A stretch of DNA of 64,000 nt from an uncultured Actinomycetes bacterium (GCA_963731625.1 CAVSWH010000001.1:1066685-1130684); one strand, 5' to 3'; positions 23,922 to 35,222 are shown, numbered from the stretch's first letter. Translations and numbers: made by a program. Notes: generated from the sequence alone by a model not told the origin.

Positions 23922-24452
23922 TTACGCCTCGCGCGCCTTGACGGCCCGCAGCTGCGCAGCACGGCGCGCCAGCGCGGGCAGCGCGATGCGCCCGGTGCGC
24001 TGGAGCTCGGCGATCCCGATCGGCTGGAGGAGGTCGGTCATGGCGTCGAGCTTCGCCGGGGTGCCGGCGACCAGGATCGTCATCGCGTCGTGGCCGACGT
24101 CCTCGATCTTGGCCTGGAAGATCGCTGCGAGCTCGGTGATCTGGGAGCGGCTGTCGGCCGTCGCCTTCACGGTGACGAGCATCAGCTCGCGCTCGACCGC
24201 CTCGCTCGGGCTCAGCTCGACGATCTTGATGACCGGAATCAGCTTGTTCAGCTGCTTCGTCACCTGCTCGAGCGGCGTCTCGTCGGCGTCGACGACGATC
24301 GTCATGCGGCTGAACCGCTCGTCGTCGGTCGGGCTGACGGCGAGCGAGACGATGTTGAACCCGCGACGCGAGAACAGCCCGGCGATGCGGCTGAGCACCC
24401 CGAACTTGTTCTCGACGACGACGCTCAGGATGTGTGGCCCGCGCGGTGGCAC
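23922..24452 (-). CDS. ilvN: Acetolactate synthase small (regulatory) subunit
   Basis: ILSVVVENKFGVLSRIAGLFSRRGFNIVSLAVSPTDD (ACT domain). Sits directly downstream of ilvB. Confidence 0.92.
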   Translation of the reverse strand: MPPRGPHILSVVVENKFGVLSRIAGLFSRRGFNIVSLAVSPTDDERFSRMTIVVDADETPLEQVTKQLNKLIPVIKIVELSPSEAVERELMLVTVKATADSRSQITELAAIFQAKIEDVGHDAMTILVAGTPAKLDAMTDLLQPIGIAELQRTGRIALPALARRAAQLRAVKAREA

Positions 24453-24465
24453 TCATCGCTCCTCC

Positions 24466-26190
24466 TTACCTGCCGCCCGGCCGGTCGTGCGCCGGGTCGA
24501 GGATGATGTCGTCGTTCGAGCCACCGGCCGGCACCATCGGGTACACCTTCTCCCGGTAGTCGACGCGGAAGTCCACGACGACGGGGCGGTCGTCGATCTC
24601 GTTCGCCTTCTCGATCGTCGGCACGACGTCGTCGGGGTGGTCGACGCGAAAGCCGCGACAGCCCATCGCCTCGGCCCACTTCACGTAGTCGGGCAGGTCG
24701 GGCGAGAGGTACACCTCGCTGTAGCGCTCCTCGTAGAAGAGCTCCTGCCACTGGCGCACCATGCCGAGGTAGGCGTTGTTCAGGATGGCGATCTTCACCG
24801 GGATGCGCTCGGCGCTCGCGGTGACGAGCTCCTGGGCGGTCATCTGGAAGCAGCCGTCGCCGTCGACGGCCCAGACGAGCTGCTCGGGGCGTCCGACCTT
24901 GGCGCCGATCGCCGCGGGCACGGCGAAGCCCATCGTGCCGAGCCCGCCGGAGTTCACCCACGTGTACGGATGGTTGAAGTGCCAGCGCTGGCTCGTCCAC
25001 ATCTGGTGCTGGCCGACGCCGGACACGACGATCGTGTCGTCGGGCGTGTGGTCGCGCAGGCAGTCGATGACGAACTGCGGCTTCAGCGGGCCGCGCTCGA
25101 CCTGCTCGTAGACGAGCGGGTAGCGCTCCTGCCAGGCGCGCAGCTGCGTGTGCCACTCGTCGAGCGACGGCCACTCGTGCTTCGCGCGGTGCGATCGGGC
25201 GGCCTGCACCAGCTCCTCGATGACGAGCCGGCAGTCGCCGACGATCGGCACGTCGGGGCGGCGCACCTTCCCGAGCTCGGCCGGGTCGATGTCGACGTGG
25301 ACGATCTTCGCGTCGGGCGCGAACGCGGACACCTTCCCCGTCACCCGGTCGTCGAAGCGGGCGCCGAGCGTGACGAGCAGGTCGGCGCGCTGCATGGCCG
25401 TGACCGCCGTGTAGTTGCCGTGCATGCCGGGCATGCCGAGGCAGCGCTCGTGGTCGTCGGGGAACACACCCCGCGCCATGAGCGTCGTCACCACCGGGAA
25501 GCCCGTGAGCTCCACCAGCTCGCGCAGGGCCTCGGCGCCACGGGCCTTCAGGATCCCGCCGCCCGCGTAGATCACGGGGCGGTGGGCCTCGGCCATGAGC
25601 CGCGCGGCGTCCTTGATCTGCTTCGGATGCCCGCGCACCGTCGGCTTGTAGCCGGGCAGGTCGACCGTCTCGGGCCAGTACCAGTCCATGAGCTGGTTCG
25701 AGATGTCCTTCGGCAGGTCGATGACCACGGGCCCGGGCCGGCCGGTCGTCGCCACGTGGAAGGCCTCGCGCACGACCCGCGGGATCTCCTGGGCCTCGGT
25801 GACGAGCCAGTTGTGCTTCGTCACCGGCATCGTGATGCCGACGGTGTCGCACTCCTGGAACGCGTCGGTGCCGATCACCGTGTACGCGACCTGGCCGGTG
25901 ATGACGACGATCGGCACCGAGTCCATGTACGCGTCGCAGAGCGCGGTGACGATGTTCGTCGCGCCGGGCCCGCTCGTGACCATCGCGACGCCCGGGCGGC
26001 CGGTCGCGTCGGCGTAGCCCTCGGCCATGTGGCCCGCGCCCTGCTCGTGGCGCACGAGGATGTGGCGGATCGAGCTGTCGATGAGCGGGTCATAGACCGG
26101 CAGGATCGCCCCGCCGGGCAGCCCGAACATGACCTCGGTGCCCTCCATCTCCAGGCTCTTGATCAGGGCTTGGGCTCCGGTCAGCTGCAT
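24466..26190 (-). CDS. ilvB: Acetolactate synthase large (catalytic) subunit
   Basis: 574-aa intact ORF with the TPP motif GGLGTMGFAVPAAIGAK...DGDGCFQMT. Confidence 0.95.
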   Translation of the reverse strand: MQLTGAQALIKSLEMEGTEVMFGLPGGAILPVYDPLIDSSIRHILVRHEQGAGHMAEGYADATGRPGVAMVTSGPGATNIVTALCDAYMDSVPIVVITGQVAYTVIGTDAFQECDTVGITMPVTKHNWLVTEAQEIPRVVREAFHVATTGRPGPVVIDLPKDISNQLMDWYWPETVDLPGYKPTVRGHPKQIKDAARLMAEAHRPVIYAGGGILKARGAEALRELVELTGFPVVTTLMARGVFPDDHERCLGMPGMHGNYTAVTAMQRADLLVTLGARFDDRVTGKVSAFAPDAKIVHVDIDPAELGKVRRPDVPIVGDCRLVIEELVQAARSHRAKHEWPSLDEWHTQLRAWQERYPLVYEQVERGPLKPQFVIDCLRDHTPDDTIVVSGVGQHQMWTSQRWHFNHPYTWVNSGGLGTMGFAVPAAIGAKVGRPEQLVWAVDGDGCFQMTAQELVTASAERIPVKIAILNNAYLGMVRQWQELFYEERYSEVYLSPDLPDYVKWAEAMGCRGFRVDHPDDVVPTIEKANEIDDRPVVVDFRVDYREKVYPMVPAGGSNDDIILDPAHDRPGGR

Positions 26191-26216
26191 CTCGGTTCCT
26201 TGGACGTGGTCGGGAT

Positions 26217-26247
26217 ATGAAACGCCCCTCGCTCGGGGCGAGGGGCG
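26217..26247 (-). terminator. Attenuator/terminator hairpin in the ilvB leader
   Basis: Minus strand CGCCCCTCGC-CCCGA-GCGAGGGGCG followed by UUUCAU, about 27 nt upstream of the ilvB ATG. Confidence 0.5.
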
Positions 26248-26281
26248 GGGCAGCGCACGCGCGCGGTGGGGCGGGCGTGCG

Positions 26282-26320
26282 CTACGTAACTACGACGAGC
26301 GAGTGGGTCGCCTGCTCCAT
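26282..26320 (-). CDS. Candidate ilv leader peptide MEQATHSLVVVT
   Basis: 12-codon ORF with consecutive Leu-Val-Val-Val codons. It is followed by an 8-bp hairpin (GCGCACGC...GCGTGCGC, 26253-26282) and the terminator hairpin. Confidence 0.45.
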   Translation of the reverse strand: MEQATHSLVVVT

Positions 26321-26360
26321 GACGCCAGTGTGACAGATCGACCGGGGATCGGGCAACCGG

Positions 26361-27143
26361 CTAGTGCGGATGCGGGCCGCGCCGCATGGTGCGCCACGCG
26401 TCGAGCGCGGCGCGCAGGATCAGGGCGGTGATGACGAGGCCGATGATCGGGTCGCCGCGGGGGAAGCCGAGCGCGACGACCGCCGCGCTCGCGACGACGC
26501 CGAGCGACACGAAGCCGTCGAGGCGGGCGTGGATCCCGTCGGCCACGAGCGCGGGGCTGGCGAGTCGCCGCCCGGCCCGGAGGCGGACCCGGGCGGCGAC
26601 CTCGTTGCCGAGGAACCCGATCGCCCCGGCCACCGCCAGTATCGGCAGGTAGGAGAGGTGTGCGGGGTGCAGCAGCCGGTCGAGCGCCTCGACGCCCGCG
26701 AGGGCGGCGGAGGCGACGATCACCCCGACGACGACGTAGCCGGCGCCCCGCTCCCCCCGCTCGCTGCGGAGGACGAACGCGATCCCGAGGGGCACGGCGG
26801 TGAGCGCGTCGCCGCCGTTGTGGATCAGGTCGGCCAGCAGCGCGACGGAGCCCGACAGGGCGAAGACGACGGCCTGCAGGACCGCGGTGAGGCCGAGGAC
26901 CGCCAGGCTCCAGCTGACGGCGCGGACGCCGGCGCGGGAGCGAAGGATCGACGGGTCGGTGCGACCGTGGGTGTGCGGGTGAGCGTGGCGAGGCGGTTCG
27001 GGCGGTGTGGGCGGGTGCGGGGTCGTCGGCGGGTGCGGGTGCTCGTCCGTCGAGCGGATCGGTACGCGGAGGTGACGGTGCGGGCCGTGGTGCTCGTGCG
27101 TGTGCGTCCAGGGCCCGTGGCGGTGCGTCAGCGTGCAGCTCAC
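26361..27143 (-). CDS. Cation diffusion facilitator (CDF) metal transporter with a His-rich N-terminus and no C-terminal cytoplasmic domain
   Basis: N-terminus HRHGPWTHTHEHHGPHRH...HAHPHTH. TM2 DLIHNGGD and TM5 DGIHARLD metal-site motifs. The ORF stops about 15 aa after the last transmembrane helix. Confidence 0.8.
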   Translation of the reverse strand: MSCTLTHRHGPWTHTHEHHGPHRHLRVPIRSTDEHPHPPTTPHPPTPPEPPRHAHPHTHGRTDPSILRSRAGVRAVSWSLAVLGLTAVLQAVVFALSGSVALLADLIHNGGDALTAVPLGIAFVLRSERGERGAGYVVVGVIVASAALAGVEALDRLLHPAHLSYLPILAVAGAIGFLGNEVAARVRLRAGRRLASPALVADGIHARLDGFVSLGVVASAAVVALGFPRGDPIIGLVITALILRAALDAWRTMRRGPHPH

Positions 27144-27213
27144 GACGTCGTCCGGTGCGCGGCCGGCATGCGCCCACCCTACGGCAGGGTCACCGGGCGG
27201 CGGCCACGGCGAC

Positions 27214-28026
27214 TTAGCGCTGGTGCGTGGGGCACCACCACGTGCTGCGCCCGCCGACGGTGTCGTGGCGCAGCGGCGCGCCGTCGCGTGGGCAGCGGCC
27301 GCCCGGCTGACGGGACTCCATGACGTCGCCGGTGTGCGACCCGCCCCGGCGTCCGAGGGTGCGCAGCGTGGTGCGAATTGCGGTCGCGAGGCGACGCTGC
27401 TCCGGCGCCGTCAGCGACGACGCGTCGCGGCGCGGGTCGAGGTCGGCGCGCCACAGGATCTCGTCGACGAGGAGGTTGCCGAGCCCGGCGATGTCGCGCT
27501 GCTGCAGGAGCGCGGCCTTGACCGGGGAGTGGCGCCGGCCGAGCCGCTCCCGCAGCGTCGCCGTGGTGACGTCGAACGCGTCGATGCCCAACCTGGTCTC
27601 GTCCGGGTCGAGCAGCACGGCGCCGAGCCGTCGCGGGTCGCGCATCACGAGCGTGCCGCCGTCGCCGAAGCGGACGCTGAACCGGTACCAGTCGCGGTCG
27701 TCGCGGTTGCTCGCGTAGCGCAGCGGGTCGCCCGTCGGGTCGCCGTCCAGCAGCACGCGGCCGGTCATGCCGAGGTGCAGCCCGAGTGTCGGGCCCGCGT
27801 CGGCGTCGGCCCGGGCGGTGTCGGGGCTCGTGTCGAGCAGGAGGAGCTTGCCGTGGCGGCGCGCCGCGACGAAGCGCCGCCCGGGCAGCACGGCCGTGAT
27901 CACCGCGGGCGTGAGCCCGCGCTTGAGGTACCAGGCGTCGGGCGCGTCGACCCCGACGATGGGCCGCCCCAGCGCGTGCGCCTCGACGGCCCGCCGGGTG
28001 GCCTCGACCTCCAGGATCTCGGGCAC
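27214..28026 (-). CDS. Formamidopyrimidine-DNA glycosylase family protein (Fpg/MutM-like)
   Basis: GTG-CCC start giving (M)PEILEVEATRR. H2TH region SPVKAALLQQRDIAGLGNLLVDEILW. C-terminal zinc finger CPRDGAPL...WWCPTHQ. Starts 10 nt after the ilvD stop. Confidence 0.8.
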   Translation of the reverse strand: MPEILEVEATRRAVEAHALGRPIVGVDAPDAWYLKRGLTPAVITAVLPGRRFVAARRHGKLLLLDTSPDTARADADAGPTLGLHLGMTGRVLLDGDPTGDPLRYASNRDDRDWYRFSVRFGDGGTLVMRDPRRLGAVLLDPDETRLGIDAFDVTTATLRERLGRRHSPVKAALLQQRDIAGLGNLLVDEILWRADLDPRRDASSLTAPEQRRLATAIRTTLRTLGRRGGSHTGDVMESRQPGGRCPRDGAPLRHDTVGGRSTWWCPTHQR

Positions 28027-28036
28027 GGGCGGCCGG

Positions 28037-29715
28037 TCAGGGCGTGGTGATGGCCCCGCGCTCGGCGCCCTGGGCGAGCCGCGCGTACTTGGCGAGGACG
28101 CCGCTCGTGTAGCGCGGCTCGAGCGGCTTCCAGTCGGCGTGCCGCGCCGCGAGGGTGGCCTCGTCGACGAGCACGTCGATCCTGTGCGCGTCGGCGTCGA
28201 TGACGATCCGGTCGCCGTCCTCGACGAGCGCGATCGGCCCCCCGTCGACGGCCTCGGGGGCGACGTGGCCGACGCAGAAGCCGTGCGTCCCACCGGAGAA
28301 CCGCCCGTCGGTGACGAGCGCGGCGTCCGCGCCGCGCCCGGCGCCCTTCATCGCGCCCGTGACCGCGAGCATCTCGCGCATGCCCGGTCCACCCTTCGGG
28401 CCCTCGTAGCGGATGACGACCACGTCGCCGGCGTGGATGTGGCCCGCGAGGATCGCGTCCATGGCGAGCTCCTCGCCGTCGAAGACGCGGGCGGGTCCCT
28501 CGAAGCGGGGCGTGTCCATCCCCGCGACCTTCACCACACCGCCCTGGGGGGCGAGCGAGCCGCGCAGGATGGCGATGCCGCCCTGGCGGTGCAGGGGCGC
28601 GTCGAGGGGGTGCACGACCGCGCCGTCCGGTCGGGGCGGGTCGAGCGCGGCCAGGTTCTCGGCGAGGGTGCGGCCGGTGACGGTGAGGCAGTCGCCGTGG
28701 AGCAGGTCCGCCTCGAGGAGCTCGCGCATGACGACCTCGACGCCGCCCACCCGGTCGAGGTCGGCCATGTGATAGGCGCCGTGGGGCTTCATGTCGGCGA
28801 TGTGGGGCACGCGGGCACCGACGCGGTTGAAGTCGTCGAGGTCGAGCTCGACGTGGGCCTCGACGGCGATGGCGAGGAGGTGCAGCACCAGGTTCGTGGA
28901 CCCGCCGAGCGCCATGCCGACCGCGATCGCGTTCTCGAACGCCTCTTTGGTGAGGATCTGGCGCGGTCGGATCCCCGCCTCGAGCAGCCCGATGACCGCC
29001 CGTCCCGATTCGAACGCGTAGTCGTCGCGCCGGCGGTCGACGGCCGGCGCGGCCGAGCTGCCGGGCAGCGCCATGCCGAGCGCCTCGGCCGCCGACGCCA
29101 TCGTGTTGGCGGTGAACATCCCGGCGCAGGACCCCTCGGTCGGGCAGGCGCGCCGCTCGATCTCGCCGAGCTCGTGCTCGGTGATCGTCCCGGCCGCGCA
29201 CGCGCCGACGGCCTCGAACACGCTCACGATGTCGAGGCTCTGGTCCTTCCAGTGCCCGGGGAGGATCGAGCCGCCGTAGAGGAAGACCGACGGGAGGTTC
29301 AGGCGCGCGGCCGCCATGAGCATCCCGGGGAGGCTCTTGTCACAGCCGGCGAAGGTGACGAGCCCGTCGAGGCGCTCGGCGTGCATGACGCACTCGATCG
29401 AATCGGCGATCAGCTCTCGGCTCACGAGCGAGGCGCGCATGCCCTCGTGGCCCATCGAGATCCCGTCGCTGACGGCGATCGTCATGAACTCGAGCGGGAA
29501 GCCCCCCGCCTCGCGCACCCCTCCTTGGCCCGCTTGGCGAGCCGGTCGAGGGGCAGGTTGCAGGGGGTGACCTCGTTCCAGCTCGACGCGACGCCGATCT
29601 GCGCCTTGCCCCAGTCGGCGTCGGTCATGCCGATGGCCCGCAGCATGGCGCGCGCGGGCGCGCGCTCCATGCCGTCGGTGACCTCGAAGCTGCGCGGTTT
29701 CATCGGGTCGCTCAT
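28037..29715 (-). pseudogene. ilvD: Dihydroxy-acid dehydratase, single frameshift near 29516
   Basis: N-terminal 70 aa in ORF 29482-29715 ([35 protein letters not shown]...[10 protein letters not shown]). The remainder is in the frame of ORF 28037-30745 ([23 protein letters not shown]...). The junction reads AAGGAGGGGTGCGCG, where AAG GAG GGG GTG CGC would be expected. Confidence 0.9.
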
Positions 29716-29762
29716 GCGCGTCAGCGTACTGGGGGCCTCGCCGGCGACCGTATGCTCGATTC

Positions 29763-30689
29763 GTGACCGTGCTCGTCGGGACGAACGACGGCCTCTTCGC
29801 CCTCGCCGCCGAGGGCGACCCGCGCCCGCTGGCGCCCGGGCGTGTCCGCGCCCTCGCCGCGGCCGGTCCGGACGACGTCTGGGCCGTCTTCGACGACGGC
29901 ACCCTCCGCCACGGCGCGGCCGACGGCACCTGGTCGTCGGCGCCGGTCGGCCCCGATGCCGAGCTCACCGCCGCGCTCGCCCGACCCGACGGCCTCCTCG
30001 TCGGCACCGCCGACGCCCGACTCTGGCGCGTCGACGGCGACACGGCGGCGCCCCTCGACGGCTTCGACCACGTCGGCGGGAAGGACACCTGGCACGCCGT
30101 CGGGAGCGCCGACCCGTACGTCCGGTCGCTCACGGCCACGGCCGACGGCGCGGCGGTCCTCGCGTCGGTGCACGTCGGTGGGATCCCGCGCTCCACGGAC
30201 GGTGGGGCGACGTGGCAGCCGACCGTCGACGTGGACGACGACGTCCACGAGGTCCGCGCGCACCCCGAGGACCCGTCGCACGTCGCCGCGGCGGCCGCCG
30301 TCGGCCTCGTCGAGAGCCACGACGGCGGGGCGACCTGGTCGCGGGTGCCACGCCGCGGGCTGCACGCCACGTATCTGCGCGCCGTGGTCTTCACCGACGA
30401 CGCCGTGGTGGTCGGCGCGTCGGACGGTCCGTTCGGCGACCACGCCGCCCTGTACCGCCGCCCGCTCCAGGGCGGCGCGTTCGAGCACTGCGACGGCGGG
30501 CTCCCCGAATGGCTGCCCGTCCTGATCGACACCGGCGCCCTCGCCGCCGACGGATCCCAGGTCGTCGCCGGGTCCGGCGACACCGTGTACGTGAGCGAGG
30601 ACGGCGCCCGCACCTGGCGGACGGCGGCGACCGGCCTGCCCTGGATCCGCGCCGTCGCGCTGGTCAGCCTCGATTCGGCGTCCGGGTAG
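29763..30689 (+). CDS. BNR/Asp-box repeat beta-propeller protein (Ycf48/sialidase-like fold)
   Basis: Asp-boxes [16 protein letters not shown] and [11 protein letters not shown] start. Confidence 0.65.
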   Translation: MTVLVGTNDGLFALAAEGDPRPLAPGRVRALAAAGPDDVWAVFDDGTLRHGAADGTWSSAPVGPDAELTAALARPDGLLVGTADARLWRVDGDTAAPLDGFDHVGGKDTWHAVGSADPYVRSLTATADGAAVLASVHVGGIPRSTDGGATWQPTVDVDDDVHEVRAHPEDPSHVAAAAAVGLVESHDGGATWSRVPRRGLHATYLRAVVFTDDAVVVGASDGPFGDHAALYRRPLQGGAFEHCDGGLPEWLPVLIDTGALAADGSQVVAGSGDTVYVSEDGARTWRTAATGLPWIRAVALVSLDSASG

Positions 30690-30753
30690 GCCACCGCGGA
30701 AGGCTGGTGTCCGACCCGCACCCCACGGGGGTGACCGTGCGCCACGGAGCGTC

Positions 30754-31908
30754 ATGACGACCACGCCCTCTCCCCTCACCGTGGCGCCGGCCGGACCCGG
30801 CGTCACCGACCAGACCTTCGCCCGTCACGGCGACGCCGGCGACGCACGGCTGCGCTGGTTCGTCGACGGGCTCGCGGCCGCGCTCGCCGCCGCGGGCTAC
30901 GAGCCCCGCGACGCGCCCGGGCCCGACGTCCAAGTCGTGCTCCACACGGTCGACCTCGACCGGCCGCGGCCCTACCGCCGGCGCCACGCGCCGACGTTCG
31001 TCGTCGCGATCGCCGCCGTGCCGGTCCGTCCGGAGGACCGCCTGCGCGCCGGCTACCCGGTCCTCGTCCGCGCCCTGGCGAACGTCGTCGTCCTGGTGAG
31101 CGACGATCCCCCGGCGGCGCACTTCGTGACGCTCGAGCAGGGCACGACGACGATCGAGCACGACGGCGACGACGACGTGTTCTTCGCCCGCGTGTTCGAG
31201 CAGCTCGCGCCGCTCGCGTCGTCCCGGCTGGTGATCGCGAACGAGTTCCGCCCGGACCTCGAGCCGGCACTCCGGGACGGCGACGAGCAGACGCGCCAGA
31301 TCGAGCGGGCCGGCGCCCGACTCGACGCGCTGCACCTGCTCCCCAACCCGTTCCCGATCGAGGAGCTGCTGTCGGCACGCGACCTGCGTCACGTGAAGCT
31401 GCTCTACGGGATCGGCGGGCTCAGCTACGGCAACCTCAGCGCCCGGCGCCAGCCGCCTGCCGACTCGGGCTACGGGCCCGAGTACTGGATGAGCGCCAGC
31501 GGCGTCGACAAGGCGCACCTGCGCGAGGTCGGGCGCGACGTGCTGCTCGTGCGCGGCTACGACCCCGGACGCGACGCGATGATCCTCGCCGTCCCGCCCG
31601 ACGTCGCGCCGAACCGCGTGTCCGTCGACGCGATCGAGCACTGGATGATCTACCGCGAGCACCCCGCGGTGGGCGCCATCGTGCACGTGCACGCGTGGAT
31701 CGACGGGACGACCGCCACCGAGATCGCCTATCCGTGCGGGACGCTCGAGCTCGCCGACGCGGTCGCCGGCCTCGTCCGCCAGGCACCCGACCCCTCGCGG
31801 GCCGTCGTCGGGCAGCGCCGCCACGGCCTCACCATCACCGGCCGGGATCTCGACGACATCTTCGAGCGGATCGACGGGCGGATCGTCCCGCAGGTGCCGA
31901 TGGACTGA
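30754..31908 (+). CDS. Protein with an unassigned N-terminal domain fused to a class II aldolase/adducin-like domain
   Basis: C-terminal half: GNLSAR...WMSASGVDK...IEHWMIYREHPAVGAIVHVHAW (HxH)...RRHGLTITGRDLDDIFERID. I recognise nothing in the N-terminal ~190 aa. Confidence 0.6.
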   Translation: MTTTPSPLTVAPAGPGVTDQTFARHGDAGDARLRWFVDGLAAALAAAGYEPRDAPGPDVQVVLHTVDLDRPRPYRRRHAPTFVVAIAAVPVRPEDRLRAGYPVLVRALANVVVLVSDDPPAAHFVTLEQGTTTIEHDGDDDVFFARVFEQLAPLASSRLVIANEFRPDLEPALRDGDEQTRQIERAGARLDALHLLPNPFPIEELLSARDLRHVKLLYGIGGLSYGNLSARRQPPADSGYGPEYWMSASGVDKAHLREVGRDVLLVRGYDPGRDAMILAVPPDVAPNRVSVDAIEHWMIYREHPAVGAIVHVHAWIDGTTATEIAYPCGTLELADAVAGLVRQAPDPSRAVVGQRRHGLTITGRDLDDIFERIDGRIVPQVPMD

Positions 31909-33380
31909 TCAGCCCAGCTGCTCCTCGAGCAGGCGGCGCAGCACCTGCGGGTTGCCCTGCTTGTTGGTCGCGGTGACGGCCTGCCCGGTCAGGAACCCGA
32001 TCTTCTTCTTGCGGACCTTGTCGTCGCCCGCGCGGTACTCGGAGGCCACGTCGGCGTGGGCCTCGAGGACCTGCGCGACGACACGCGCGAGCTCGCCCTC
32101 GTCGCTGACCTGGGCCAGGCCGCGCGCCGCCACGATCTCTCGGGGCGCCGCACCGCTGCGGAGCCCCTCGGTCAGCACCTCCTTCGCCTGGTTCCGCGAC
32201 ACGGTCCCGTCGGCGACGAGCGACACGAGCTCGGCGAGGCGCTCGGGCCCCCACGCCAGCTGCACCGGCGCGATGCCCTCGTCACGCAGGCAGGCGAGCA
32301 CGTCGCCGGTGCACCAGTGCGTCACGTCGCGGGGCGTGCCCGCGGTGAGCGCGGCGGTCGCCGCCTCGGCATAGTCGGCGAGGCCCTCGACGTCGAGGAG
32401 CACGCGGGCGTCGGCCGGGCTGATGCCCCACGCGTCGACGAGACGGGTGCGACGGGCGGACGGCAGCTCCGGGAGCGCGGCGGCGATCCGCGCCCGCTCG
32501 TCGGGATCCGGGGCAACCGGCACCAGGTCGGGCTCGGGGAAGAAGCGGTAGTCGCTGCTCCCCTCCTTGGTGCGCATCCCGTGGGTCCGACCGTCGGCCT
32601 CGTCCCAGTGGCGGGTCTCCTGCACGATCCGCTCGCCGCGCGCGAGGCACTCCGCCTGCCGGGCGATCTCGAAGTCGATGGCCCGGCCGAGGGAGCGCAG
32701 CGAGTTCATGTTCTTGACCTCGACCTTCGTGCCGAGCTCGTCGGTCCCGACCGGCCGGATCGACACGTTGGCGTCGACGCGCAGCGACCCTTCCTCCATC
32801 TTCACGTCGGAGATGTCGAGGGCGCGCAGCACGCCCCGGAGCTCGGTGACGTATGCCCGGGCCTGCTCGGCGGAGCGGAGGTCGGCGCGGCTCACGATCT
32901 CCATAAGGGGCACGCCGGCGCGGTTGTAGTCGACGAGGGAGTGGTCGGCCTCGTGGATGCGACCGCCGCCGCCGACGTGCACCGTCTTGCCCGTGTCCTC
33001 CTCGAGGTGGGCGCGCTCGATCCCGATCGACGTGCCGCCCACGTCGAGGTGGCCGTCGGAGAGGATCGGCTCCTCGTACTGGCTGATCTGAAAGTCCTTC
33101 GGCATGTCGGGGTAGAAGTAGTTCTTCCGGGCGAAGAGCGAGTGCGGAGGCACGCGGAACTCGAGCGCGGACGCGAGCCGCAGCGCGAAGTCAACGGCGG
33201 CCGCGTTCAGCACGGGCAGCGCGCCCGGGAGTCCGAGACAGACCGGGCAGATGTTCGTGTTCGGATCGGCACCGAACTCGTTCGGGCAGCCGCAGAACAG
33301 CTTCGTCGAGGTGAGCAGCTCGGTGTGCACCTCGAGGCCGATGACGGCCTCGTAGCGCTCGGCCACGTCGGTTGTCGCGG

Positions 33381-33384
<4 letters not shown>
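31909..33384 (-). CDS. gatB: Asp-tRNA(Asn)/Glu-tRNA(Gln) amidotransferase subunit B
   Basis: [38 protein letters not shown]... GTG at 33384 overlaps the gatA stop (GTGA). Confidence 0.93.
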
Positions 33385-34798
<1,414 letters not shown>

Positions 34799-34802
<4 letters not shown>

Positions 34803-35098
34803 GGCGCGTCGAGGATTCTCGGGACACGGAAGCGGTCGCCCTCGACGGCCGGCGCCTGCGCGAGCACCTCGGCGCGGTCCAGCGACGGCCGCACCTCGTC
34901 CGCCCGCAGCACGTTCACGAGCGGCAGCGGGTGCGCGGTGGGCTCGACACCATCCAGATCGAGCGCGGCCAGCTCGCTCACGTGCTCGAGGATCTCACCG
35001 AGCTCACCGGTGAGTCGATCGAGCTCGTCGTCGCTCAGCTGCAGGCGCGCCAAGGACGCGACGTGCTCGGCTACCGCCCGGCTGATCGGCTCCGACAT
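34799..35098 (-). CDS. gatC: Glutamyl-tRNA(Gln) amidotransferase subunit C
   Basis: 99 aa: [32 protein letters not shown]. Overlaps the gatA start. Confidence 0.9.
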
Positions 35099-35222
35099 CT
35101 CGGCGAGTCTAGGGGCGAAACCTCAACGACCAGCTGGGCAATCGCCGTCGCGCGCGTCGCGGCCCGCGGCGGCGGCGACGCGTGCGACGCTACGATCTCG
35201 GCTCTCGCGCGCGGAGGACGTC

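Noticed and set aside
20513-26220. ORFs 20513-22747 (744 aa) and 23896-26220 (774 aa) on the plus strand
   Set aside because: They are antisense to the PhyH, HtrA, ilvN and ilvB genes. Composition is biased, and the partners on the other strand are fully supported.
27767-30757. 996-aa plus-strand ORF
   Set aside because: It is antisense to ilvD and out of frame with the BNR-repeat gene. The sequence is low-complexity and Arg/Gly/Pro/Asp-rich with no domain signatures.
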